Assembly: GCF_964188315.1 (NCBI RefSeq)
Contig: NC_135656.1
Span: forward strand, 33,666,001 to 33,730,000
Direction of reading: 5' to 3'
Length of the DNA stretch: 64,000 nucleotides
Source: Podarcis muralis
Lineage: Eukaryota
Under the pieces are notes generated by a model that was not told where the DNA came from, made no database searches, and saw only the letters and a program-made list of their open reading frames with translations. Below, one piece after another: positions 48,201-58,900 of the stretch; positions within the stretch are counted from its first letter, which is position 1, and each line of letters opens with the position of its first letter. The position numbers were made by a program, and so were the translations under genes.

Positions 48201-51200
48201 AAGGGGCTTCCATTACCTGGTGTCAGGTGATGTGACTTTGAATCCATGGCATGCACAAGAAGAATTAGGAGTGCACTCTGCATGCACTCCAGATTATGAG
48301 TTTCTTCTTTTGCAGCCTTAGCTTACATTCAAGCTACAGCTAGAAAGATTTAGGAGTTCATTTTAGAATTCATTCCTGGGTCTTCCTTTTGAACTGGCCT
48401 GCTGGTTTACCTGTGCCTTGACATATGATTTCATGTGAAGGGTGTGTGGGTATGCTTTGGGCCAAACCAATGTCATGGGTCAAATAGGAGGCCCTGGTAG
48501 GCCCATGGGTTAGAAGTTCCCCACTCCTGCTCAAGAGAAAGAGAGCAATGAATAGAGCTTATAGGAGTTTTCCTGTAGATAAGAATAATTGCCTTGCTTG
48601 ATCTTGGTTTAAAAATATTCTCCTTGCTAACAGCAAAGGATGTAATAAATGGATATGCAGCTCATGATTGAAAAGCAGACATAATTTCTTATCTTGTTCA
48701 GTTTGATATGAACCTTTCTTCTGAATCGATTGTTGTCAGTTGTAAACCACCAGGGTTAAGTAATGTGCTCCAATTTGAAGATTTGCCTGTTTGTTCCGCC
48801 TCAGGTTAATTTGCTAAAGCTTAGCAGGCAGGGTGATAAATGCCTTAGGTATTTCTAAAATAGGTAGCTTGGGATGTAAGCTGCCAATTCCAGAACTCTT
48901 GAAGTGCCAACTAGGATTCTGTGAGTTTAGCTACAGCTTTATAGCTTGAAAGGTTTGATGTTTAATATTTATTGAGCTAGTGCAGACAAAATATATTCTT
49001 TTTCTGAAGAAAAGTGAAGTTAAAACCTTAAGTCATGTCAGGAACCCAACCATGAACAGGATCCTTGACTTTTGACTCCACCTCAATATTCTTGAACCCT
49101 TTCAGATCTTGGACCCATCTTTGACTACTACTTGGAGATAAACTTTTATTTTTAATTATATATTGCTGTCTTCCTCTTTTTCTAAGATGCTCAGTTGCGT
49201 CTTAAGAATTCAGAAGGGAGTACAGAAGATGAGAAAACCCACTTCTTTTGAAATTCCCTCTTCCATGTAAATTGTAAAAGTGCAGGCGAGCTGCCCTTAT
49301 CTGCATCTGGCCACCCTTTCTCTGCTTTCTCTCTTTTACAGCCCAGTCCTAACCACGTCAACTCAGAAGTCCTATTGAATTCAGTGGGGCTTACTCCTAG
49401 GTAAGTAGGGTTAGGATTGCAGTCTAAATCATTAGACACAAGATGCTGGTTATGTCATTGCTGCAACCCACCTTAAATAGGAGTGTGGCCTACTTCTGTC
49501 CATGAGTATAATGCACATCCTGTAAATTATTATTTCTTTTCACAATCAGAGTTGCTGTATGAGCGCCGCAACCCCATAGTCGCCTTTGACTGGACTTAAC
49601 TGTCCAGGGGTCCTTTGCCTTTTTATAAGGGCTCGTCCACACTTATTTTTTATTTAGTTTTTATTGTCCATACTTCTGCTTGTCCTGTGCCTATGAAGCA
49701 CAGATCCAAGTGGTTTTCTGCCCTTGCAGTTTCGCCTTTTCCCTGCTGCTTTCCCCTGGAGAACCTATTCTTTAGTGCTATATCGGAGCAAACATCAATC
49801 CAGAGAAAACCTGATTGAAATTTGCTCTGATGCCACAGTAAACGGTGGGTTTTCCAGGGAGAAAGCATCAGGACAATTGAAAGTGTGGATGAACCCTAGG
49901 TTTTCATACACTAATGATTTGCTTTTTAACACAAGAGATAATTAAAGTTCATTTGTTTTTCATTTCCCTGATAGCAGGATGCCAAAGTCCTAGCTTTTAG
50001 AATATTTCTGTTTCTGAAATAAAAATTATGCTGGTCTTCCTATTTGTGAACTATTCGCAATGTATTTTATTGCAAAACTAACAATCATTCTTTAGGAAAT
50101 GGTTTTAATTGTTACCTGTGGTTCATTCGTCAATCTCCCTGCATGTGAGAACTTTATTTTGGGACTGTATTTTTTGCTGGTTTATGACAGACATAGCTCC
50201 ACTGTGCCTGCTAATGGCAGTTACTGACATGAACCCCTTTTGAAAAAAAATGTTTAAACATTTCTATGAAAGTGCATTCTACCTCCTCTCTGATTATCCT
50301 TTTATTGAGGACTGGAGAGTTAGAGAAGCAAATTCATCACACACTTCATGCCTTTTGGCTCAATTTGAGACTCATTAGGAGCAAAATATATATTTTCTTA
50401 ATCAAAAGGATTGGGAAAAAGATCCATAGTTCAGGTACAATGATTTGTGTGTTATTTCTCTGTGATAATCAACTGAGTGAAGGAGAGGGTGTATTTGAAG
50501 ATGTACTCTGAAGCTGATCAGTGGGACAGGATATGGTGGTGATTGTTTGAGAATTTATAACCATGTGCAAGTAAGATTACAAAACTGTCTCAGAAGGGTT
50601 TACTTTAAAACCCTTCTGACATCTACCCCCATAGCAACTGATCAGGCTGCAGTTTTCTTTGAGTTTGCTGCCGCAAATATGTCTGTAAACTAGGCTTTCC
50701 AGACAGGCCTTTGCACCCTAAAGCAACAATTGATCTGAGGCAATTACAGGATTCAAACCCTGTCACCTCGTCCATTGGGGATTCTCCGTCCTTCCTTCTG
50801 CTGGGCCAAGGTGCTGTTTTTGCCAGTTGGTTCTGGTGTGTTCTAATTTGCAGAGAACACCTGTTCCTTAATTATCCACATCCCTTGTCTGTCTCTTTGT
50901 TTCAGCTCTTTTTGATGTATGAGCTAATCATCTCTTTTTGAAGGGGGTTGTGTTAATTGTTTGACTGTGTGTTCCTAAGGAAGAAGGGCTGGGAACTGAA
51001 TAATAACTTCCAGATTTAAAAGATGGCTGCTCTCCTTTTGGTACTGATGCAACTTTTCGATCTACTTGCTGTGGTCATGTGTTTTGGAGTGCACCAAATA
51101 ATCATTGTTAATAAAACAGTGAGAAAGGGAAGCATATGAGAATCTTAACTGCAGTTGAGCATATTGTGCTAGTATTGCTTCTAGGTTGCCTCTAAACCAG

Positions 51201-54200
51201 GTATGAATGGGAGGGGACAACCAAAGTGCTTCTGCTGCGACAACCAAAGTGTTAACTTCAGTCTCCATGTCTGTTTGTCACTGTTTGGGATGCTAGATCA
51301 GGTTTGACATTGAATTGCTGCTGGGCAGTAGTGAACAGCATTGTGGGGCTGTACCACTTTCCTGACCTCCTTCCTGCTTCATAGGGGTAGGAGGAGGCAG
51401 TGATGAGGTCAGTGCAGTACTAGCATGCAAGTAGAGCCAATCCTGTGAGCCAGCTGGTGCCGACCTTATCACCCCCTCATCCTCATCCCTCCCCCCCCCA
51501 TCTCTCCATACTGTTATGCCGTGACTTGGCCAGAGGGAAGTCAGGTGAATAACACATACATACTGTGCCATCAGCTACTGCAGCTAGGTAAAACAAATTA
51601 AAACAGAAATACAGCCCATTAAATGTATGCTTTCTTCCCATAACACTTTCCACTTTAATTCTAATTGTGCAAACATAGTTACGGAAGTTTTCACTTATTC
51701 TTTATATTTAGAACTTTGATACAGGGGACAGAAAAGAAAACATAAACTGAATAGATCAATGTTTATTAGTAATCTTTTCCCCACCCTCTTCCCTTGCCAA
51801 CAAAAATAATCCCTCTGGGATAGGATTCCATTTCACTTAGCTCAGTCCACGCTCACCCACATTTCAAACCTCTTGACATTCTTTGAGTGTTCTTTAAAGC
51901 CCTCTTCTCATTATTATATAGCTTAGTTAATTAGAGACTTTTGGTGGAGTAGTACTTCATTCCCCAGTGATAGCAAATCAGCATAAAGAGGTCACAGCTC
52001 CTTCGCATGCTGTGCATTTTCTCTGATCCTGTTGTAATGCCTGGGAGGTGAAGGAAAGTTGCATAGATGAAATGTTATTCTTGGCTGCTAATTCTGCATT
52101 TTGTGAAGGGCAGGTTTTCAAAAGACAGCTTCAGGATGCTTATCAGAGCCTGTTCACATCCTCACATTGCTTTTAGACCAGTGGTTTTCAGCCACTGGTC
52201 CCATTGCCTCCCACTGGGATCTGCAGAAAGAGGGCTGGCGTAGAGGAGGAGCTATTTTCTGAAGCAGCAAATGGAGAACTTTACTGTCAGCAGGAGGTCA
52301 TAGCTGTCTGGTTGGTTGTTTTAATTAGCAGGCTACTTTCTTGCATAAATGTGCCCTCAGTGGCTCACAACACAATAAGAGTAATACATCTCAAAACATC
52401 ATTGATTGAGTTTACTTAAATGCCGCTTTTCCGCAATGAGCTGTGCCTAAAGCGGCTTACAGCAAACGTTCAAACATCGAAATACAGAGCATTGGAAATA
52501 CAAATATACAAAATACAAAACATGCCAGTAAATTTAAAAATGATAAAAATCAACTATTTGGCAAACACAGAACAAGTTCAACAGTAATTATCTAGGCTTA
52601 AATATGTAAATTCAAAGAAAAACAAGAGTTAACAATAAAGTTTTTGGTACTGGTCTTGCTGCACTCCAAGGAGCCCGACTTAAATACAATTCAGAGGAGA
52701 GGGGTAGATGACATACAGCTGGTTCCCATATCTCTCCTCCAGGGGAGACTGACAGCATCGAAAGGCAAATGTCAGAGAGGGTGATGATGGTAAGTCTCTT
52801 CCTCAGCATCTTGCACATGTCAGCTGCTGATGCAGGTCTTATTGCCCTTCAAAAGCCCTCAGTATCATGGCTTAAATACAGTACAGAGGGGAAGGGTCCT
52901 CTCACCAGACCGGGTGGCATTACGATATAAATAATGTAAAATAATAGTAAATATTGCATTCCAAACAACCCACTCTTTTCACTGTCACTTTTATAACATG
53001 TTTAAGTTGATACAAAATTATCAGTCACTTTGTATCAATGGTATCAGTTGATACTGTTGAAATACACAAACCAGTCAGAGGAAACGTTCTAGTGCAGCCA
53101 CATAAGAAATTATATAACTGGTGCGTCAAAACAGAAATGCTTATAAGCTTGTTTTCCTTAAGAACTATTTTAGCAAACCTTAAGTCTTAATTCATAAAAC
53201 GTCTGTGTTATTTGAAAACCACCCCATGTCTAAGCTAAGTTTCATGCTACTTGCAGGTGTTCTCAAGGAGACACAAGGGAATCTGTAGGTTGATTGGTAA
53301 AAGGAAGCCTTATAGAAAAATAGTTTTGCCTGGTGGCACTGAGAGTTTAACAGGAAGGGTGGATAAGCAGAGGGTTATACATGCTGACTTGGCTGGAACT
53401 CCCAGCACAGGACCCAGGGAAGCTGGGGTGCCATTACAGAGACATACTGCTAATTCTTTATTTTATTTTTAAGGATTCTCAATCAAGGCAGGAGTATTAA
53501 ATTAGATGTTATGATGTCATTGTTCTTCTTAGCTTTGTGAACTATCCTGCAATCAGAATATGCAAAAATTTGCATATAGAAGAACATATAATTGGATAAA
53601 TCAGTGAAATAGTGAAACATTTGCTATTATGATCAACTATGACTCTGAAGAAAAATGAGATTAAAATTTGATAAAACTTAAATGTGCAGAAGGAACTGAA
53701 TTAAGTCATTGGGCTTAATGAACTGGTTAATTATTGATTTCATGCAAATGATTGTTATTTCATTTGTAATATGAAGCTCAATTTTTAACGAATTAGCTGA
53801 TTTATTATAATGAAGAATCCCGTTAATGAATTAGTGGATTAAAATAATTAGGAAACTGAATAATAATTGTTTTACTGTTGATGGACTTGATGCTCTAATT
53901 TGAAAGGCGAAAATATCTTAACTAAATCAAGAAAATGAAGACAAACAAAATATTCATCCAAGAGATGCATTAGAATTACAGGTGTGAGATTTTTAGATAA
54001 ATCAGGAACATATGGAAGCAGTCCCAGAGAGAGAAAAGGACGCACGAGAGATTAGAAAAAATATTTTTTATAGTTTGAATCCCTACGGAAGATATAATTT
54101 TCCTCAGATGTTATCCCAGATATAAAAATATATATTTTAGAATGTCTATGAAATGACTCTCATAAACCTTTCTTTGGAAAGCGTATTACAGAAATAGATG

Positions 54201-54332
54201 TTTTTCAAGAAGGTGACTTGATTATATGATGTGTATGTGTTATATATTAATTAAAAGATATTGAAATTTAAAACCTGAAAGTTGGATTCTGTCATTCTGT
54301 GGCATACTGTACCATACCCTGGTGTTGCTGTT

Positions 54333-54363
<31 letters not shown>

Positions 54364-57255
54364 GCAAGTGCTTAAAAATTAAGAAGAATAAAAGGTAAAG
54401 GTAAAGGTACCCCTGCCCGTACGGGCCAGTCTTGACAGACTCTAGGGTTGTGCGCTCATCTCACTCTAGAGGCCGGGAGCCGGCGCCGTCCGCAGACACT
54501 TCCGGGTCACATGGCCAGTGTGACATCACTGCTCTGGCGAGCCTGCACCAGCGCAGCACACGGAACGCCGTTTACCTTCCCGCTATAAAGTGGTACCTAT
54601 TTATCTACTTGCACTTTTAAGGGTGCTTTCGAACTGCTAGGTGGGCAGGAGCTGGGACCGAAAGATGGGAGCTCACCCCACCGCGGGGATTCGAACCGCC
54701 GACCATACAATCGGCAAGTCCTAGGCACTGCGGTTTTGCCCACAGCGCCACCCGCGTCCCTTAAGAAGAATAGTAATAGTAATAAAAGGGAAAACTATCA
54801 GATATTCATAAAGTAGTTTAAAGATGGAACCATTAAATATTTTAACATTTTACTTTGGACCACATTTTTCATATTCTCCCATGGACAACATACTTGCTTC
54901 AAGAAAGCATAACTCATCAAATTAATATTGGTGGAATAATGTTGCAGGCAGTTTCAAATCATACCACTGACAAAATCTAGCCCAGTAGATTGAAGTCTAT
55001 TATATTATGTGTATATAACTGTCAGAAGTGCAGAACAATGTAAATTCAATGGTCCAAATGGCTTTCTCCCCCAGAACTTTAAAAATTAGTAACTTTACTT
55101 ATACAAAATATTTTGAATTTTGATAATAAGTGGATGTTTGTTGTAAGAACATAAGGGGTATTTTATGGACAGGAAAATTTGCATATATAAAAATGTTATC
55201 CCCAAATTTCATTTCATTAAGCAGTCAGCACTACTGACTGATGGACTGTGATTAATAAAAGCATCTCATATGGCAAATAATGAGTTTCTCACAAAATAAA
55301 TGGAGAGCTAAGATTTTGAAATATTGAACTGTATTACAAAGCTGCGGTATTGTTGCACCGTTGGGAACTTTTGAGAGCTTTGAAGAATATTTATGGCTTT
55401 CATTGGAATGAGACTAAACAGGCTCCCTGACTACCAGCTTTATATATGAATTAATAAAGAACTGACATGTAGAATCAGGATTGCAGCTAATGTTAACTTG
55501 CCCTTTAACTGTTGGATAAATTCTGCCTCTTTCTTAGTCTCTTTATCTTGCCATTATAGGTGATTACAATAATACTAACTTTACTGGTTTTGGTATTTTA
55601 TTTATAAATTTTGAATGAACAAGATAAGAAAAAAACATTGCTTGTCTAGACAGTAGAAATAAATGGAAATTGGGTCTAAAATTAATCTTCCAATATTTTA
55701 TCAATATTTACAAATTAGACATTTTAAAGAAAGGTTGACATTTAATAGTGCTCTAACTATTTGAGTTATTAGACTATCAGTGTAATGGATCTATAGGACT
55801 TTTCCCAGCAGTTTTATTATGTGCTTTTAACAAACTGCTTTACAGAATCAGCTTTACTGTTCCTTAAAAAAATATGGGAACAGAACATTGATATAATTAC
55901 ACAAAATAAATTGCAATATCTATTAAGACAAAGTATGTCTCAATTTGTAACCTTTAATATAAAAAATTGTCCTTGACACCCATAAAATTGAAGAGAATCT
56001 ATATTAGTAATGTGAAATATTGAAAATCTGGCAGTTTGAGGGCTGACATGATGCCCTTTTGTTTGTCACACTGAATAATTAAAATGGTCTGGATAAATCT
56101 TATCAGTGAAGAGACATGTGTTAAGGGGATCTGAAATGGGGTCTCCAGCTGTTTTTTTAAAATAAAAGTTCAGTAACAGGTGAGGGGAGACTAAAATCTT
56201 ACTGGGACACCTTTCTGAATGAGAAATCATTGCCTTCTCCTCCCCTCCCTAGTTGATTATTTGCCTCAGGGGGCACCACGTACTAGTATCATAGGGCAAA
56301 GTCTAGCTTGGGGTGATTTTTTGTTGTGGCCAATGTTCCCGTTCAATATTGTGGTCATGATTGGATACAGCCTCTCTATCCCCCAACCCAGGGACCTGGT
56401 AGCCACGACAACTTTTTTTCAGTAACATAACAACAACTATAATGGTAGAGAATCTGATAGCATTCAATATACTGGCTCGTCTGTTGGGTTATTTGAAGAG
56501 AGTCCACAAGAAGAGGAAGTTGAAGTGATGTAAAGCATAGTTGTGTTGGCAAAAATGGGGATGTGAAGAGATGGAAAACAAAAGTGTGTCATGTTCGACT
56601 TAACAAGTTTGGTCTCTGTTACAAATTGAAGAATGAACAATCATTTAGAAGTGGGAATCTTCTGTTCACTTTTGATACCTATAGAGGGGTTAACCAGGAA
56701 TAATTTTGGAAGTTTTAGCACCTTCCCTAAATTTATACTGATTTGCTCATCATTTTTTGTTAATTATATGCTAATCCCCCCCAATGATGTATTCTTTGTA
56801 TGGGGTGTTTAATATTGACATTACAGTATCTTTTATTAAAATCTAGAGAGTACTACTGCTAAATAGGTTAGCAAGAACAAGTATGCAAGCCTAGACAGAG
56901 TATGGGCAAAGAATGGAAAATAAATATTTTGTAGAGCTACGTAGCAGTCATAGCAAATATTTCTGAACCACAATTTCACAAGTGTTTTAATTCTGCCCTA
57001 GTCAGATGTCAGTCAAATGGTTTGACTGTGAAAAAGGTTTGTTTTCATTTTAAAACAAAAGAATCATTATCAGTAATAGAGACAATTTATGTGAGTTGTA
57101 CATAGTGAGTTTGCTTTTAACTCCATGATTTTCTTGACTTTTTGTTTGTTCCTTATTTCAGGCAGCATTTACCATCCTCTTGGGCCCATTCACCTTTTTT
57201 AATGTGCAGAAAACAAAGTATCTTCAGATCCTGACATCACTCATGAGGTGGATAG
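12849..57255 (+). CDS. TMEM104: Transmembrane protein 104 (SLC38A12, amino-acid transporter family), 3'-partial; coding exons 12849-12893, 17538-17659, 22575-22656, 23030-23126, 23754-23834, 31294-31393, 32663-32771, 57162-57255
   Basis: All joins are GT-AG and phase-compatible (730 nt). Translation MAGGITDTGELYSPYVGLVYMFNLIVGTGALTMPKAFATAGW...EMGQMASMFFNKVGVNLFYFCIIIYLYGDLAIYAAAVP...LGPFTFFNVQKTKYLQILTSLMRWI matches recalled human TMEM104. Remaining exon(s) were not found in the window. Confidence 0.96.
13256..14064 (-). mobile_element. L2-clade LINE 3' fragment, 5'-truncated, with frameshift and internal deletion
   Basis: RT motif YAD(N)TQLY at ~14025-14050, then LKLNPDKAEV...LGVILDSQLSM...SRLDYCNALYVGLP; (TAA)n tail at 13256-13290. 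Confidence 0.9.
16178..16345 (-). mobile_element. Old squamate SINE fragment (same family as 4235-4390)
   Basis: Begins cataggaagcagctgtatactgag, the reverse complement of the tail seen at 4365-4385. Confidence 0.45.
17538..17659 (+). CDS. TMEM104: TMEM104 coding exon 2
   Basis: cag|GTTGGC...ATGAG|gtaag; VGLVYMFNLIVGTGALTMPKAF. Confidence 0.96.
18962..18997. repeat. (TG)n microsatellite
   Basis: Direct inspection. Confidence 0.95.
19168..19524 (+). mobile_element. Full-length Sauria SINE
   Basis: GGGACGCGGGTGGCGCTGTGG head, B box, ACCTTTACCT tail, TSD TACTGCAATT. Confidence 0.93.
20838..21170 (+). mobile_element. CR1 LINE 3' end
   Basis: CR1-type 3' sequence ending ...gggcttttcttacgttctt; an opposite-orientation relative lies at 34797-34915. 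Confidence 0.6.
21183..21560 (-). mobile_element. Degenerate L2 RT fragment
   Basis: VPQNTILSPTLFAIYIKPL...HADNQLY resembles the RT motifs GVPQGSILSP..F.IY...YADDTQLY. Confidence 0.75.
22575..22656 (+). CDS. TMEM104: TMEM104 coding exon 3
   Basis: cag|CTACATG...CACAAG|gtttg; YMTTTFVMEAMAAANAQLRWKRMEKHK. Confidence 0.95.
23030..23126 (+). CDS. TMEM104: TMEM104 coding exon 4
   Basis: tag|GATGAT...CTTC|gtaagt; DDDEDSSSGVSDSDVLLPEGYERSETRPILSL. Confidence 0.94.
23754..23834 (+). CDS. TMEM104: TMEM104 coding exon 5
   Basis: cag|AGAGA...AAAG|gtaac; RRGAPNIFEITERVEMGQMASMFFNK. Confidence 0.95.
25733..25870. mobile_element. hAT MITE
   Basis: TIR CAGGCATAGGCAAA/TTTGCCTATGCCTG and perfect 8-bp TSD TATTAGAG. 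Confidence 0.92.
26154..26292. mobile_element. Degenerate hAT MITE
   Basis: Same internal layout as 25733-25870 with decayed TIRs. Confidence 0.5.
26296..26680 (+). mobile_element. L2 LINE 3' end with (CAA)n tail (26619-26679)
   Basis: Reverse complement of the L2 3' end at 13290-13620, followed by a microsatellite. Confidence 0.88.
28856..28986. mobile_element. Degenerate hAT MITE
   Basis: tagggatggggaacctgtgg...ctacaggctcctcacttctg imperfect TIRs; related to 25733-25870. Confidence 0.55.
30617..30920 (+). mobile_element. Sauria SINE, 5'-truncated with internal deletion
   Basis: B box GGTTCGAATCC and gtcctttaccttt tail. Confidence 0.88.
31294..31393 (+). CDS. TMEM104: TMEM104 coding exon 6
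   Basis: cag|TGGGA...ACCTG|gtgagt; GVNLFYFCIIIYLYGDLAIYAAAVPVSLMQVT. Confidence 0.96.
31540..31900 (+). mobile_element. Full-length Sauria SINE
   Basis: Intact head, B box and tail; TSD TATTTCTACCT. Confidence 0.94.
32663..32771 (+). CDS. TMEM104: TMEM104 coding exon 7
   Basis: cag|TAGTGTG...TATCTG|gtgag; SVTGNHSCSVEDGTKYNDTDKCWGPIRRIDAYRIYL. Confidence 0.95.
34797..34915 (-). mobile_element. CR1 3' terminal fragment
   Basis: Reverse complement of the 21110-21170 terminus. Confidence 0.55.
35487..35900 (+). mobile_element. CR1 LINE ORF2 fragment joined to a CR1 3' end
   Basis: PGLDELQPKIRKELADVISEPL...FENSWKTGEVPADWRWANVVPIYKK...VSLTPIPGKVLEQII, then gattctatgat tail. Confidence 0.85.
39035..39264. 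mobile_element. Tigger/pogo-like MITE with internal palindrome
   Basis: CAGTCATACCTC...GAGGTACCACTG imperfect TIRs, TA flanks. Confidence 0.8.
40381..41304. mobile_element. Tc1/mariner-type MITE, same family as 11703 in opposite orientation, with an internal ~150-bp tandem repeat
   Basis: ATATTTTTCGCTCCATAAGAC start and GTCTTAAGGAGCGAAAAATACTGTA end. Confidence 0.8.
40468..40850. repeat. ~2.5 tandem copies of a ~149-153-bp unit
   Basis: Anchor agt(g/a)ggtg recurs at 40472, 40621 and 40774. Confidence 0.85.
43117..43558. mobile_element. hAT non-autonomous element
   Basis: CAGAGGTTTTCA/TGAAAACCACTG TIRs; 8-bp TSD ACTTAAAC/TCTTAAAC (7 of 8 match). Confidence 0.8.
45207..45237. repeat. (CA)n microsatellite
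   Basis: Direct inspection. Confidence 0.95.
49559..49623 (+). mobile_element. Sauria SINE/partner LINE 3' terminal stub
   Basis: atgagcgccgcaacccc...ggacttaactgtccaggggtcctttgcctttt. Confidence 0.75.
53650..56450 (+). mobile_element. Highly degenerate AT-rich L1-like element remnants, interrupted by a SINE
   Basis: GPNGF(L)P at ~55051 (cf. GPDGF..EFYK) and LPDYQLY at ~55421 (cf. GLPDFKLYY); no long ORF; boundaries approximate. Confidence 0.4.
54391..54760 (-). mobile_element. Full-length Sauria SINE
   Basis: (ACCTTT)3 tail, intact head, perfect 12-bp TSD TTAAGAAGAATA. Confidence 0.95.
57162..57255 (+). CDS. TMEM104: TMEM104 coding exon 8
   Basis: cag|GCAGCA...ATAG|gtaag; AAFTILLGPFTFFNVQKTKYLQILTSLMRWI. 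Confidence 0.96.
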
Positions 57256-58068
57256 GTAAGTCCATGAACTGCTGTTCTGCACACACATTACAAATCATGA
57301 TATCATTGTGAGTTCCTCCTCTGATCTTACAATAGTCATGTCATTAGACTGCTTTCAATGAGTAGTTTTTCATGCAAGTGAGATGGTAGCTGATAGGCAA
57401 GACTGCCAACAGTGCAAAAATGGCGGCATTGCTAGCCTTTGTATCTCCCTTGGCCAGGCTGCAATTGTTAGTTTGTATGTCATGAACCTCTCTGATTCTT
57501 AGCCAGGAGACTAGGGTTTGTTGCTGCAATTGCTAGACATCTTGGAGACCTAGAGAGAATAATAAACTCCATGAGTAAAGAGGGAACCGCAGTATAGAAA
57601 GATAGATGCATTTTATTTAAAGGTGTAATTGAATTTGAAGCTACATTTGTATGTGTTTATGCGCCTCACATGGCCGAAAGCAGTTTTTCATGAATCTAAT
57701 TAAGGTTTGGGATACATTTGTTGCAGGCAGCATACATATAGGAAGAAGACTTTAATGAGGTATTGAGCCCAAGATTAGACAGATCAACAAACACAGGACA
57801 TGCTAATAATATCCCAGTTATCTTTTAAAAATGGTTGGCTGGGTATTTGGTGATATTATCACCCTAACAAAAGGGACTGCACTTATTATTCTAGTGTTCA
57901 TAGGTCTTTTTATTACACTTTTGTAACATCATTTTTCAAGTCTGTTGTAAAAGCAGAAATAGATACGATGTTTAATCCTGATCATGCACCATTAACTCTT
58001 TATTGGGAATTTAAAGAGAGATCATCACCTATTTGGCAGCTCCATTACCTTTTTAAAGAGAATTTCTG

Positions 58069-58228
58069 TGCGCTGCTCTGGTTTGCCAGAAGCGGCTTAG
58101 TCATGCTGGCCACATGACCCGGAAGCTGGACGTTGGCTCCCTCCGCCAATAAAACAAGATGAGTGCCGCAACCCCAGAGTCGGCCATGACTGGACCTAAT
58201 GGTCAGGGGTCCCTTTACCTTTACCTTT
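58069..58228 (+). mobile_element. Sauria SINE 3' half
   Basis: gaagcggcttagtcatgctggccacatgacccggaag...ggggtccctttacctttaccttt. Confidence 0.88.
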
Positions 58229-58674
58229 AGTCTTCACTGCAGAGTAGGTGGCTGGAGTGGTGGTGAGATTCTAATCCAATTGTTATGGATGGATCAAGTC
58301 CCCCCAATGTCCGTATTCATGAAACAAAAATGGTATGAGTAAGCAAGAACAGCATTTGTTTTACAAACAAGAGATTCATTTTGTATCCAGTGGTGCTCAC
58401 TTTACATAGAAAGGCAATCAAAGAGAAATGCAAAAAGCAAGAGCGCTCAGTGAACAAGTACTGAAGAGTCTTCAGCTCTGTGTATCCTCAGAACAGACGA
58501 ATGATTGTGATATAAGTTAAAGCTACCCACATGGGGCTGTGTCTGAAGCAGTTTTGACTCCTTCCATATCTGCTATAGTGGCTGTGCCATATAGTTCTCA
58601 TATCAATAGATGAGGTAGAAGCCTTCAAAGTGGGTTGTCTGATCAGGCACGCCAATCAATCACACGGTTTTGTT

Positions 58675-58900
58675 CATGAGTAGGCAAACTAGGGGCCGGA
58701 TCCGGCCCAATCACCTTCTAAATCTGACCCATGGACGGTCGAGGAATCAGCATGTTTTTACATGAGCAGAATGTGTGCTTTTATTTAAAATGCATCTCTA
58801 GGTTATTTGTGGGGCGTAGGAACTCGTTCATATTTTTTTTCAAAATATAGTCTGAAGGACAGTGGACTGGCCCCCTGCTGAAAAAGTTTGCTGACCCCTG
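58675..58900. mobile_element. hAT MITE
   Basis: CATGAGTAGGCAAACT / AGTTTGCTGACCCCTG imperfect TIRs; perfect 8-bp TSD GTTTTGTT. Confidence 0.85.
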
